From NCBI GenBank assembly GCA_965218585.1, contig CBDCLE010000011.1, positions 77,620 to 141,619 on the forward strand: a stretch of 64,000 nt of DNA. The letters are read 5' to 3'. The notes under the pieces are model-generated. The model saw only the letters and a program-made list of their open reading frames with translations, did not search any database and was not told the origin of the DNA. Position 1 is the stretch's first letter, and each line of letters opens with the position of its first letter. Position numbers and translations under genes: made by a program. Below, piece after piece: positions 10,203-20,214 of the stretch. Origin of the DNA: Terriglobia bacterium. GTDB lineage: Bacteria > Acidobacteriota > Terriglobia > 20CM-2-55-15.

Positions 10203-12464
10203 CTATTGGTGATTATCGATCTCTTCGAAATAGTCACCCTTGACGAGGACTTCGCGCGGCCTGCTGCCTTCCGGTGGGCCGACCATGCCGTCTGCTTCCA
10301 TCGCGTCCAGTAGACTGGCTGCCCGGCCGTAGCCGATTCGCAGGCGACGCTGCAGGGCGGACGTGGACGCTTTCCCCCCATTTCGACAACGAGGCGCAGG
10401 GCAGTGTCGTAAAGTTCGTCGGTGGCGCCGTCCGGTTCCATCCGTGCTCGCCGCTCTTCTGGAGAGTCGAGGATGTTTTCGTTGTATGAAGGCCTGCCCT
10501 GAGCTTTGAGATAGTCCGCTACACGTGTGACCTCTTCTTCGGTCACCATCGGGCCGTGTGCGCGCATGAGGCGCGGAAGAACCCGGCGGCAGGAAAAGCA
10601 TGTCACCGCGACCCAGGAGCGATTCGGCTCCGTTCGCATCGAGAATAGTTCGGGAGTCGATCTTGGTGGCAACACGGAAGGAAATACGAGCCGGGAAGTT
10701 AGCTTTGATCAGACCCGTGATGACATCCACAGAAGGTCGTTGCGTCGCCAGAATGAGATGGATTCCGACCGCGCGCGCCATTTGCGCGAGGCGTGTTATC
10801 GATTCCTCGACCTCGCGGGAAGCGACCATCATCAGGTCGGCCAACTCGTCGATTACGATCACAATGTAGGGGAGCTGCTCGCGGTCCTCTTCTTCCTCTT
10901 CGCCAAAACCCGGAATCGGTAGCTGTTTGATGTGTTCGTTGTAGGCTTCGAGCGTCCGCACACCCCGTTTGGCCAATTTCTTGTAACGGCCTTCCATTTC
11001 CCCGACGGCCCACTTCAGCGCGTTTTGCGCAGCGACAGGTTCGGTCACTACGGGGACCAGGAGGTGGGGGATGTCCTGATACAGCCCCAGCTCGAGCCGC
11101 TTGGGATCGATCATGATCAGTTTTACCCGATCCGGTTTCGACCGAAACAACAGCGACAGAATCAACGAGTTTATGGATACAGACTTTCCGGTTCCCGTAG
11201 ATCCTGCAATCAGAAGGTGCGGCATCCTGTGAAGATCGGAGACGATGATGCGCCCTGTGATGTCCTTGCCCAAAGCCAGCGGCAGCAAGGCTTTAGATTT
11301 CAAGTATTCGGGTGATTCTATAAGTTCCCGAAGAGTGATCGTGGCGCGATCGGGATTCGGCACCTCGATGCCGACTGTCGATTTTCCGGCAAGCCGGTCG
11401 ATGCGAATCGATTCTGCTTCCAGTGCAAGGCAGAGGTCCTGATCCAGTCCCGTTACCTTGGAATACTTGATTCCGGGCTCGGGTTTGAATTCGAACGTCG
11501 TTACGACAGGCCCCGGATGAATCTGCTGGACCTGTCCTACGACTTCGAATTCCTTTGTCTTTTCTTCGATCTGGTCTGCGCGTTCCCGAAGTTCCTCTTC
11601 ATCTACGGGTATCTGATCCTCCGGCGGCAGTAACAGTTCAGGGGAAGGGAAGTTGACGGTTTTCAGCGGGACTGGCTCCATTTCCGTGACGACGGGCTCG
11701 TCGATAGGGATCAGGGAAGGCTGCTCGGCCACTCTCCGTTTGCTGGCCCGGGGCGGGGGCACATCTTTGGGTTTTTCCGCCTTGGGTTCGGGTTGTGTGA
11801 CGAGGGCTGGAGCTTTCTTTCGCTCGATGCGTCGCCGCACTCGCTCTCTTGATTGTTCCTCCAGCCATCCGACGGCCTGCTGTTGCCACACGGCCACAAA
11901 GCGCAGGCGTGGCCGAAGAAAGTCGATCGTCCTCTGAAAAGAAAAAGTCGTCGCAAGAAGAAGCGAAACCAGAAAAGACGCGACCAGTACGATCACGGTG
12001 CCGAGCGGGTTGAGCGTAGCACTCAACCATTCGGCGAGGAGTTGACCGCCACCCCCGCCTGCCGGAATCTGTCCGCCGATCCGGGGAACAGCAGGGGAGA
12101 GCGCAAGGCCAGTCGCCAGTGTCAGGACCATCAGCGACATTCCGGCCAGTCGGGTCCCCACAGTGCCGACACTCCATGACGCCAGCCAATGGAACGCGTA
12201 GATGCCGAGGAAAACCGGCAGTAGAAGGCCTGCATAACCGATCGCCTGAAACAGCAAGTCGGAAGCATGTGAACCGACGACGCCAATCAGGTTGGCCGGT
12301 TGATCTTCAAATCGGACGTTTCGGCTGATGTTGAACGAAGGGTCCGTCGCGTCGAAGGAGACGAGGCTGAGACTGATCAGTACCGCGACCGTAACCAAGA
12401 GCAGACCGACGAATTCGTTGATCCGACGGTGCTCGGTGGGCGTGAGGTAAACCGTCCACTTCAT
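10203..12464 (-). CDS. ftsK: DNA translocase FtsK (two compensating indels near 10575 and 10375)
   Basis: N-terminal TM helices, AGSTGTGKS, IDELADLMM, ATQRPSVD, gamma domain LQRRLRIGYGRAA; correct segment RLMRAHGPMVTEEEV...YDTALRLV lies in another frame. Confidence 0.93.
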   Translation of the reverse strand: MKWTVYLTPTEHRRINEFVGLLLVTVAVLISLSLVSFDATDPSFNISRNVRFEDQPANLIGVVGSHASDLLFQAIGYAGLLLPVFLGIYAFHWLASWSVGTVGTRLAGMSLMVLTLATGLALSPAVPRIGGQIPAGGGGGQLLAEWLSATLNPLGTVIVLVASFLVSLLLATTFSFQRTIDFLRPRLRFVAVWQQQAVGWLEEQSRERVRRRIERKKAPALVTQPEPKAEKPKDVPPPRASKRRVAEQPSLIPIDEPVVTEMEPVPLKTVNFPSPELLLPPEDQIPVDEEELRERADQIEEKTKEFEVVGQVQQIHPGPVVTTFEFKPEPGIKYSKVTGLDQDLCLALEAESIRIDRLAGKSTVGIEVPNPDRATITLRELIESPEYLKSKALLPLALGKDITGRIIVSDLHRMPHLLIAGSTGTGKSVSINSLILSLLFRSKPDRVKLIMIDPKRLELGLYQDIPHLLVPVVTEPVAAQNALKWAVGEMEGRYKKLAKRGVRTLEAYNEHIKQLPIPGFGEEEEEDREQLPYIVIVIDELADLMMVASREVEESITRLAQMARAVGIHLILATQRPSVDVITGLIKANFPARISFRVATKIDSRTILDANGAESLLGRGDMLFLPPGSSAPHARTRPDGDRRRGHTCSGLSQSSGQAFIQRKHPRLSRRAASTDGTGRRHRRTLRHCPAPRCRNGGKASTSALQRRLRIGYGRAASLLDAMEADGMVGPPEGSRPREVLVKGDYFEEIDNHQ

Positions 12465-12475
12465 CACGTCGCATT

Positions 12476-13288
12476 CTATCTAAATCCTATAGAGAAAGCG
12501 AGTAAGACCACAATACCAAGCGTTATCCGATAATAAACGAACGCATATGTTGTGTGTGTTGCCAAATAGCGAAGAAGGAAGGCGATGGCTGCGTATCCGA
12601 CTATTCCGGAGGTCAGTATGCCAACCAGTAGCACCCCCAGTTGGTCACTGCTCATCCCTTCGTTGAAGAGGTCGAACACCTGCTTGGCGCCCGCTCCCGC
12701 TATCAGCGGAGCTGAAAGCAGAAATGAAAAGCGGGCTGCCGCATCGCGTTCGAACCCCCGGAACAGGGCTGCTGTGATAGTGACACCCGACCGTGACACT
12801 CCGGGAATGATCGCCAGCGCCTGTGCAAAACCCACGATCAAGGCATCGGTCCAGGAGACACCTTCGAGGCGTTTTTCTCTCCGTCCTCTCCACTCGGCAG
12901 CGACGAGGACAAGTGCCAGACCGATGAGTGTAAACGCCACCACGAGAGGACTGCGCAGGTATGCTTCGACGAAATCCTCCGCCAGGAACCCGGTCACTCC
13001 TCCTGGCACGGTTGCCGCGGCAATAAGCAGGACCATGCGGGCGTCCGGTTCGGCCCAGTGCCCCCGGGCAATGCGAACCCCGGAGCGTGCGAGGGCTATC
13101 CACTCTCTTCGGAAGTACCAGAGCAGGGCAAACAGCGTGCCGATATGGAGCGCTACATCGAAAGCCAGGCCCTGTTCTTCCCAGCCCAGGAACCAGGGAA
13201 CGAGGATCAGGTGGCCGGTACTGCTGATGGGCAGGAATTCTGTGACTCCCTGAACCACACCCAGAACGATTGCCTCGAGTACGTCCAT
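12476..13288 (-). CDS. uppP: Undecaprenyl-diphosphatase
   Basis: QGVTEFLPISSTGH, PGVSRSG, AARFSFLLS. Confidence 0.95.
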   Translation of the reverse strand: MDVLEAIVLGVVQGVTEFLPISSTGHLILVPWFLGWEEQGLAFDVALHIGTLFALLWYFRREWIALARSGVRIARGHWAEPDARMVLLIAAATVPGGVTGFLAEDFVEAYLRSPLVVAFTLIGLALVLVAAEWRGRREKRLEGVSWTDALIVGFAQALAIIPGVSRSGVTITAALFRGFERDAAARFSFLLSAPLIAGAGAKQVFDLFNEGMSSDQLGVLLVGILTSGIVGYAAIAFLLRYLATHTTYAFVYYRITLGIVVLLAFSIGFR

Positions 13289-13298
13289 CAGTGTCGGT

Positions 13299-14960
13299 TC
13301 AGATTTCCATGATGACGGGCAGGATGAAGGGGCGCTTGGAAAGCTGTTTGGAAATATACCGCTTCAGCGCGCGTCGAATTTTCTCTTTGATCACAGCCCA
13401 ATCCCCACGTTCTTCGAGTGACGAGTCTTCGATGGTTTCGATCACGAGATCCCGGCATTCTTCGACCAGTTCGTCGTCATCCGTGACTGTCATGCCTCGA
13501 AATACCACTTCCGGGGGACTTTCCAGTTCGCCCGTCTGTTTGTTGATCACGATAACCGGCAGAACGATACCGTCTTCGGAAATGTGCCTCCGGTCGCGCA
13601 CCACCAGATCGGCCACTTCTTCCAAGCTCCCCTGATCGATCAGAACACGCCCGACCGGCGCTTTCCCGACTATCGAAACGCTGTCGGCATCGAGTCGGAT
13701 CACGTCGCCGGTTTCTGCGATCAAGACTTCACGTTCAACGACTCCGGTCTGTTCGGCTATTGCTGCGTGACGATGCAAGTGACGGTAGTCGCCGTGAATC
13801 GGGACGAAGAATCGGGGTTTGACCAGCATCATCATGAGCTTGAGTTCTTCTGCGCTGGCATGGCCGCTGACATGGACGGGTGGGGTTGAACCGTCCTGAT
13901 AAATGACGTCGGCCTGCCGGCGATAGAGATGGTCCATCATTCGGGAAATTGCCCGTTCGTTACCGGGGATCATTCTGGACGAGAGGACCACCGTGTCGCC
14001 TGCATCAAGATGAAGGTCCTTGTGTTGGTCCACCGCTACGCGCGCCATCGCAGACATCGGTTCTCCCTGACAGCCGCTGACGACGACACAGACCCTGTCT
14101 CTAGGGTGGTTCTTGATCTCCTTTGGGCGTATCACCAGTCCAGGAGGAAGATCCAGCGATCCCAACTGCTGGGCCATGTCGCTGTTGGTCAGCATTCTCC
14201 GTCCGAGAAAAGCCAGGTGCCTGCCGTGTCTGTGGGCCGCGTCCGCAATGATCTGAATACGGTGGATCGCGGATGTGAAGCAGGAGACGATGATGCGGCC
14301 TTCGGCCTCCCCGAAAATGCTTTCGAAACGACCCTCGACAGCACGTTCCGACGGCGTATATCCCTCGCGTTCTGCGTTCGTGCTGTCAGAGAAAAGAGCC
14401 AGGACGCCCTCGCGTCCGTAAGCGGCGAATGCGGGCAGGTCGAAGTGGTGGCCGTCGATCGGAGAATGGTCGATTTTGAAATCGCCTGTATGAATGATGA
14501 GTCCTGCCGGTGTTCGAATGGCCAGCGCGAGCGAATCGACGATGGAGTGTGTGACCGCGATGAATTCTACGCCAAACGGTCCCAACCGGATGGAATCCTC
14601 CGGATGAATCTCGATCAATGTTGATTCTGTCAGGAGGTCATGGTCTTCCAGTTTCCGGCGAACAAGTGCAAGCGTGAACGGGCTGCCGTAAACCGGAACA
14701 TTAATGTAGGGAAGAATGAAGGGAAGCGCCCCGATATGGTCTTCGTGGCCGTGTGTCAGGACGATCGCACGGACTTTTTCACGATTGTCGAGCAGGTAAG
14801 TGATATCCGGGACAACGATATCCACACCCAGCAATTCCTGTTCGGGAAACAGAACGCCGCAATCGACGACGATGATGGAATCATCGGACGAAAACGCCAT
14901 CATGTGCATGCCGAATTCGCCCAGTCCGCCGAGGGGGACAACTTCTAAAGTGTCAGTCAT
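13299..14960 (-). CDS. rnj: Ribonuclease J
   Basis: PLGGLGEFG, THGHEDHIG, HTGDFK, HVSGHA. Confidence 0.95.
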   Translation of the reverse strand: MTDTLEVVPLGGLGEFGMHMMAFSSDDSIIVVDCGVLFPEQELLGVDIVVPDITYLLDNREKVRAIVLTHGHEDHIGALPFILPYINVPVYGSPFTLALVRRKLEDHDLLTESTLIEIHPEDSIRLGPFGVEFIAVTHSIVDSLALAIRTPAGLIIHTGDFKIDHSPIDGHHFDLPAFAAYGREGVLALFSDSTNAEREGYTPSERAVEGRFESIFGEAEGRIIVSCFTSAIHRIQIIADAAHRHGRHLAFLGRRMLTNSDMAQQLGSLDLPPGLVIRPKEIKNHPRDRVCVVVSGCQGEPMSAMARVAVDQHKDLHLDAGDTVVLSSRMIPGNERAISRMMDHLYRRQADVIYQDGSTPPVHVSGHASAEELKLMMMLVKPRFFVPIHGDYRHLHRHAAIAEQTGVVEREVLIAETGDVIRLDADSVSIVGKAPVGRVLIDQGSLEEVADLVVRDRRHISEDGIVLPVIVINKQTGELESPPEVVFRGMTVTDDDELVEECRDLVIETIEDSSLEERGDWAVIKEKIRRALKRYISKQLSKRPFILPVIMEI

Positions 14961-15770
14961 GGGCCGAGATTATATACGAGCGCGTGGTGAAGCCGGACGA
15001 AGGTATCGACAGACAGGTCTTCGGCCCGGGCATCCGGGGGGACACCTTCGTGCTCGAATGTCTTGAGGAGCCCATCGCGTCCGTGGCCGGGAAACGAGGG
15101 CACAAGATTGTTTACGAGTTTCTTTCGCCGGGAGGAAAAAGCCTGTTTGACGAAAAGCATGAAGTTCGGGGAGTCAACGGTATCGGCGCGCCATGTCATG
15201 CGAATCATGCGCGACCACACCTTGGGTTTGGGTGTGAAAGCGCCCGGTGGCACCCTGAATCCGCCTTCTGTCTCCGCGTAATACTGTATGCCCACCGAAA
15301 GAACTCCGTACTGGCGGGACCCAGGATCTGCAAGTATCCGGTCTGCGACTTCCTTTTGAAGCATGACCGTGACGGATGCGATTGACCCACGTGCCTGGGT
15401 AAATCGCTCGATCAAAGGAGTGGCGACGTTGTAGGGCAGATTCGCGACGATGTGGTACGGAGAGTCCGAAAGCCGAGTGAAGTCCATTTCAAGAGCGTCG
15501 CCCTCGATGATCTCGACGTTGGAGGAAACGCGGGTCCGAAGAGCCCTAACCAGATCAGAATCGACCTCAATCGTGACGACGCGTCTCACCCGCCCGGCCA
15601 GAGTCCGGGTCAGCGTGCCTTTCCCCGGGCCTATTTCGATGACTGTGTCCAGGCTTCCAACCCGGCGAGAAGTCGACGATCTTTCGAAGAATACGGGGAT
15701 CAGAGAGGAAGTGTTGGCCGAGACGTTTCTTAGGCACTTGAGAGGGCTGCTGGTTCACTGTCTGGGACAA
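14957..15770 (-). CDS. rsmA: 16S rRNA dimethyltransferase RsmA/KsgA (indel near 15660)
   Basis: KKRLGQHFL in one frame; EIGPGKG, ANLPYN, MLQKEVADR in another. Confidence 0.9.
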
Positions 15771-15771
15771 A

Positions 15772-15847
<76 letters not shown>

Positions 15848-16074
15848 GTGCTACACGGCTCGAAACACGGATCGTAGCCGAACCACCATTTGTACCATTG
15901 AAAGGTACCCAAAGCAAACCTGGTAGTCGGTCCCACTTTTGGGGCTATTTGTGTAATCCAGGCTACACACGTGTCGAAATATCGCTTCCCCCCTTTGACA
16001 CGCCCGGCAAAAATACGTGTAATTGTAAGCCCGCTTACGGGGTCTACTTATTTTCAAAGCATCAGGAGGACGTT

Positions 16075-16734
16075 ATGCCACTTCGGTTGGGGGCCACCGC
16101 GCCCGATTTTACTGCGGACACGACGGAAGGATCGGTCCAATTCCATGATTGGATTGGGGATGGTTGGGCCGTGCTGTTTTCGCATCCTAAGGATTTCACA
16201 CCTGTCTGTACGACCGAATTGGGGTACGTGGCCAAGCTCAAGCCTGAATTCGACAAGCGCAACACGAAGGTCATCGGACTCAGTGTCGACTCGGTTGAAG
16301 ATCACATAGGCTGGTCGAAGGACATCGAGGAGACGCAGGGTGTCGCCCCGAACTATCCGATGATCGGTGACCCCGAACTCAAAGTCGCCAAGCTCTATGA
16401 CATGCTGCCTGAAGACACCGAAGGTGGGGCCAAGGGCCGGACTGCGGCGGACAACATGACGGTTCGTAATGTCTATGTCATTGGTCCGGACAAGCAGATC
16501 AAGCTCATCATCACCTATCCGATGGCAACGGGACGGAACTTCGACGAACTGCTTCGCGTCATCGACTCGCTTCAGCTGACCGCGAACCACAAGGTCGCGA
16601 CACCGGCGAACTGGAAGGACGGTGACGACTGCATCATTGTCCCGGCCGTGTCCGACGAAGCCGCGAAAGAAAAATACCCTGATGGATGGAAAACACTAAA
16701 GCCGTATCTGCGGATCGTGAAGCAACCGAAATAA
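16075..16734 (+). CDS. 1-Cys peroxiredoxin (Prx6 family)
   Basis: FSHPKDFTPVCTTELG, GRNFDE, TPANW; GGAGG RBS. Confidence 0.93.
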   Translation: MPLRLGATAPDFTADTTEGSVQFHDWIGDGWAVLFSHPKDFTPVCTTELGYVAKLKPEFDKRNTKVIGLSVDSVEDHIGWSKDIEETQGVAPNYPMIGDPELKVAKLYDMLPEDTEGGAKGRTAADNMTVRNVYVIGPDKQIKLIITYPMATGRNFDELLRVIDSLQLTANHKVATPANWKDGDDCIIVPAVSDEAAKEKYPDGWKTLKPYLRIVKQPK

Positions 16735-16737
16735 GGT

Positions 16738-16819
16738 AAATAGGGGACAAATAAATAGGGGACAGTGAGCGATTTCAGTATGAAGAAATTGCTCACTGTC
16801 CCCTATTTATCCCCTATTT
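16738..16819. repeat. REP/REPIN-like inverted repeat doublet
   Basis: AAATAGGGGACAGTGAGCGATTTC (16753-16776) / GAAATTGCTCACTGTCCCCTATTT (16785-16808) plus partial outer copies. Confidence 0.75.
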
Positions 16820-16825
16820 GATTCT

Positions 16826-17185
16826 ATGCTCATATCAGAGGTCCTGGCGTCTCACAAAGAATGGCTGGAGTCCGACGGCTCGCGTGGCGAGCGCGCCCAA
16901 CTTCAGAACACCGTACTGCAACAAGCCGACCTGCATGATGCGAACCTTGAGCGTGCCGACCTGAGCGGTGCGAAACTCAGCGTTGCGGATCTGATGCGGG
17001 CCAATCTGCGTGGAGCCAACCTTCAGGGTGCGGATCTCTGGATGTCGGACATGAAGGACACGATTCTGGACGGGACGGACCTGCGTGGGGCAAACCTCGC
17101 CGAAGTGACCGGCCTCAAGGCGAACCAGCTTGCCCAGGCTGTGGTCGACACCAAGACCCAACTTCCCGACACATTGGCCGACTGA
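16826..17185 (+). CDS. Pentapeptide-repeat protein
   Basis: A(D/N)Lxx repeats; HKEWLES N-terminus. Confidence 0.85.
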   Translation: MLISEVLASHKEWLESDGSRGERAQLQNTVLQQADLHDANLERADLSGAKLSVADLMRANLRGANLQGADLWMSDMKDTILDGTDLRGANLAEVTGLKANQLAQAVVDTKTQLPDTLAD

Positions 17186-17264
17186 TTTCAAACTGCGGTC
17201 TCGGTTGTGCGCTCCAAGAGCCACCTACAGCCCCCGCGGTGCCTCTGTGGTTCGCTTCTTCGAG

Positions 17265-18437
17265 TTAACGGTAGGCGGAGATGCCCGTGATGGCTTCTCC
17301 AAGGATCAGCGTATGCATATGGTCGGTTCCTTCATACGTATAGACTGACTCGAGGTTGACCATGTGGCGAAAGACCGGATACTCCAACGTCACGCCGTTG
17401 GCTCCCATCAGGTCCCGGGCGAGGCGTGCGGTCCGCAGGCCGACGCGAACGTTATTGCGCTTTGCGAGGGAAGTTCGTGCGTAGTTTGAAGTCCCTGCTT
17501 CTCTGAGCTTTCCCAGCCTCCAGGCCAGCAGCTGACCTTTCGTGATTTCACTCAGCATGTCGGCGAGCTTTTCCTGAACCAGTTGAAACGAGGCGATCGG
17601 ACGGTCGAACTGCGTCCGTCCCTGCGTATAATCAGCCGCCCAGCCGTAGCAGTTCATTGCGGCACCGATGGCACCCCACGCAATGCCGTAACGTGCGTGG
17701 TCCAGGCAGCCGAGGGCGCTCTTAAGCCCGCTGGTTGCTGGAAGGCGGTTGTCCTCCGGTATCTCGACGTCGTCCAGGATCAGGTCCGAAGTGACAGATG
17801 CTCTGAGCGACAGTTTCTTTTTGATCTCCGGAGCCGCGAATCCCGGCCGATCCGTTTCGACAATGAATCCCTGTATGTTGCCGTCATCGTCCTTGGCCCA
17901 GACGATGGCAATGTCGGCAATGGACCCGTTGGTAATCCAACGTTTGGTTCCGTTGAGCGCCCACATTTCTCCGTTACGCCGCGCCCGGGTTTCCATGCCG
18001 CCAGGGTCGGAGCCATGGTCTGGTTCGGTCAAACCGAAGCAGCCGATCTTTTCTCCCTTTGCCAGGAGTGGAAGCCAAAGCCGCTTCTGCTCTTCGGAAC
18101 CATAAGAATAGATGGGTTGCATAACCAGCGCGCCCTGGACGCTGACGAAACTTCTCAGGCCGCTGTCGCCGGCTTCCAGTTCCTGCATCATGAGGCCATA
18201 GGCCACGCTGTTCATGCCTGCGCATCCGTACTCTTCGGGCAAGTTGGCTCCGTAGAGGCCAAGTCCCGCCATCTGGGGAATGAGTTCGGCTGGGAAGGTG
18301 GCTGCTTCGAAGTGGTCTTCGATGATGGGATCGACGTGGTCGTTGACGAATCCGCGGATCGTGTCGCGGACCATTCGTTCCTCGTCGGACAGAAGATCGT
18401 CGAGCCGGTAAAAGTCGACTCCCTGGTAAGAAGGCAT
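17265..18437 (-). CDS. Acyl-CoA dehydrogenase (glutaryl-CoA dehydrogenase-like)
   Basis: GCFGLTEPDHGSDP, KRWITNG, SLRAS, YTYEGT. Confidence 0.9.
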   Translation of the reverse strand: MPSYQGVDFYRLDDLLSDEERMVRDTIRGFVNDHVDPIIEDHFEAATFPAELIPQMAGLGLYGANLPEEYGCAGMNSVAYGLMMQELEAGDSGLRSFVSVQGALVMQPIYSYGSEEQKRLWLPLLAKGEKIGCFGLTEPDHGSDPGGMETRARRNGEMWALNGTKRWITNGSIADIAIVWAKDDDGNIQGFIVETDRPGFAAPEIKKKLSLRASVTSDLILDDVEIPEDNRLPATSGLKSALGCLDHARYGIAWGAIGAAMNCYGWAADYTQGRTQFDRPIASFQLVQEKLADMLSEITKGQLLAWRLGKLREAGTSNYARTSLAKRNNVRVGLRTARLARDLMGANGVTLEYPVFRHMVNLESVYTYEGTDHMHTLILGEAITGISAYR

Positions 18438-18485
18438 CCGTGTCTCCGGAAAAAAGCGCTTTATTATACAGTAGGCGTCTAGGAT

Positions 18486-18685
18486 TGCGTGCTTGTTGCC
18501 GTGAGGTTCAACGTTAGCGAACGGATTTCGCTCGGTCGTTCATTCAGACATCCTGTCTGACACGACCGGCGAGCCCGTCATCGTCGACGATGACGGGCCC
18601 TTAGAGAGAGCCGGAAGGTTAGGGACTTGCATTGGGAAGGACCCGCACCGGTCCGCACGGTGCGGGTGGACAACGAGGCGGTAGC
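18486..18685 (+). ncRNA. Candidate structured non-coding RNA (6S-like?)
   Basis: ORF-free gap with terminal pairing 18492-18500/18668-18677 and four internal hairpins; family and strand not confirmed. Confidence 0.5.
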
Positions 18686-18769
18686 CGAGGCGTTCAGTGT
18701 AAGAAGATAATAGGATGAGGACTCGAAATGTCAGGTGTAGAGAGGGACGGTGGGCTCGACGTTAATCGC

Positions 18770-19965
18770 ATGAAAGCTACCTACGCAACCGAAATCGTCA
18801 AGACACTCCGAGAGCGCGGACACGAAGCATACTTCGTCGGCGGCTGTGTGCGCGATATGGTGATGGATCTCGAACCCACCGACTATGACATCGCCACCAG
18901 CGCTCTTCCTGAGGAGGTGGTCGAAATCTTTCCGCGGACCGAACCGATCGGAGCCAGGTTCGGCGTGATCCTGGTTGTTCATGAGGGTGTTGGGTTTGAA
19001 GTCGCTACTTTCAGGTCGGATGAGGCATATGTCGATGGACGCAGGCCTACCGGCTGTTGTCTTCACGAATCCTAAAGAAGATGTTTTGAGGCGGGATTTT
19101 ACGATCAATGGTCTGCTTTACGATCCGATTGAGAGACACGTCATCGATTATGTTGACGGGCAGGCCGATATAGAAAAGCGAATTGTGCGCGCCATCGGCA
19201 ACCCGCATGAACGTTTCGATGAGGACAAACTGCGGATACTCCGCGCGATTCGCTTCGGTGCACGGCTGGGATACTCGATCGAGGATGAAACCTGGGCCGC
19301 GGTTCGAGCGATGTCCTCAAAGATCGACCAGGTGAGTGCTGAGCGCATTCGAGATGAATTGGTGCGAATTCTGTCGGAAGGCGACCCTGCCCACGGAATG
19401 CGTATGTTGGAAGATTCAGGACTGCGAAAAGAAATTCTGCCAGAACTCGCCTGGACAGATCATCTCGACCGTTGCCTCGGGTTGATCAAAGGTCGGGTCG
19501 AACCGGATCTTGCGATGGCGGTCCTTCTTCACGAGTGTTCGGTCGAAGATGTGGGGCGTATCGTCGGTCGCTTGAAGTTGTCGAATGCGGAACAGGCGCA
19601 TGTTCAAGTGCTCGTTGGAAATCAGGCCATCTTTGACCAGGTTCGAAAAATGCCCATCGCCGGGCTCAAGCGCTTTCTCCGTATGGACCGGTTCGAAGAC
19701 CACCTGGAGCTCCATCGGCTACACCACGAGGCTGATGGTGGAGACGGGGCATCTCTGGAATTCGTTCAGGAAAAACTCGACCTGTGGTCGGAAGAAGACC
19801 TTTGGCCTACGCCCTTGATATCGGGCGACGACCTGATTACATTGGGAATGGAGCCCGGCCCTTCTTTTAAGAAAATCCTGACAGTGGTCGAAGACGAACA
19901 GTTGGAACAGCGACTCTCCGATCGGGACGAGGGCGCTCAAGTTCGTGCAGCAACAGTTCAAGTAG
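18770..19965 (+). CDS. cca: CCA-adding tRNA nucleotidyltransferase (indels near 19050 and 19932)
   Basis: VGGCVRD, DYDIAT, EVATFR, RRDFTIN, EDKLRILRAIRF, SAERI. Confidence 0.88.
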
Positions 19966-19974
19966 AGGTTCCAG

Positions 19975-20214
19975 TTGAAACACCTGCTCGCTCTAGTCCT
20001 TCTAATCAATCTCAACACGGCAACCATCGAGCAATTAGATCAGCTTCCGGGGATCGGGCCCGTTCTGGCCGAGCGAATCGTTGAATTTCGCGAGAAAAGA
20101 GGTGGTTTTCGAAGAGTGGAAGAGCTGCTTGCTGTCCCTGGAATCAGCGAACGAAGGTGGCAGGTGTTGCGACCTCTGATAGAGGTGATTGAGGCTGACC
20201 CGAAGGATCAGTAG
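19975..20214 (+). CDS. ComEA-like helix-hairpin-helix protein
   Basis: [27 protein letters not shown]. Confidence 0.8.
   Translation: MKHLLALVLLINLNTATIEQLDQLPGIGPVLAERIVEFREKRGGFRRVEELLAVPGISERRWQVLRPLIEVIEADPKDQ

Noticed and set aside
16738-16819. Repeated AAATAGGGGACA units as a CRISPR array
   Set aside because: The copies are inverted and lack unique spacers, and no cas genes are present. No CRISPR array was seen anywhere in the window.
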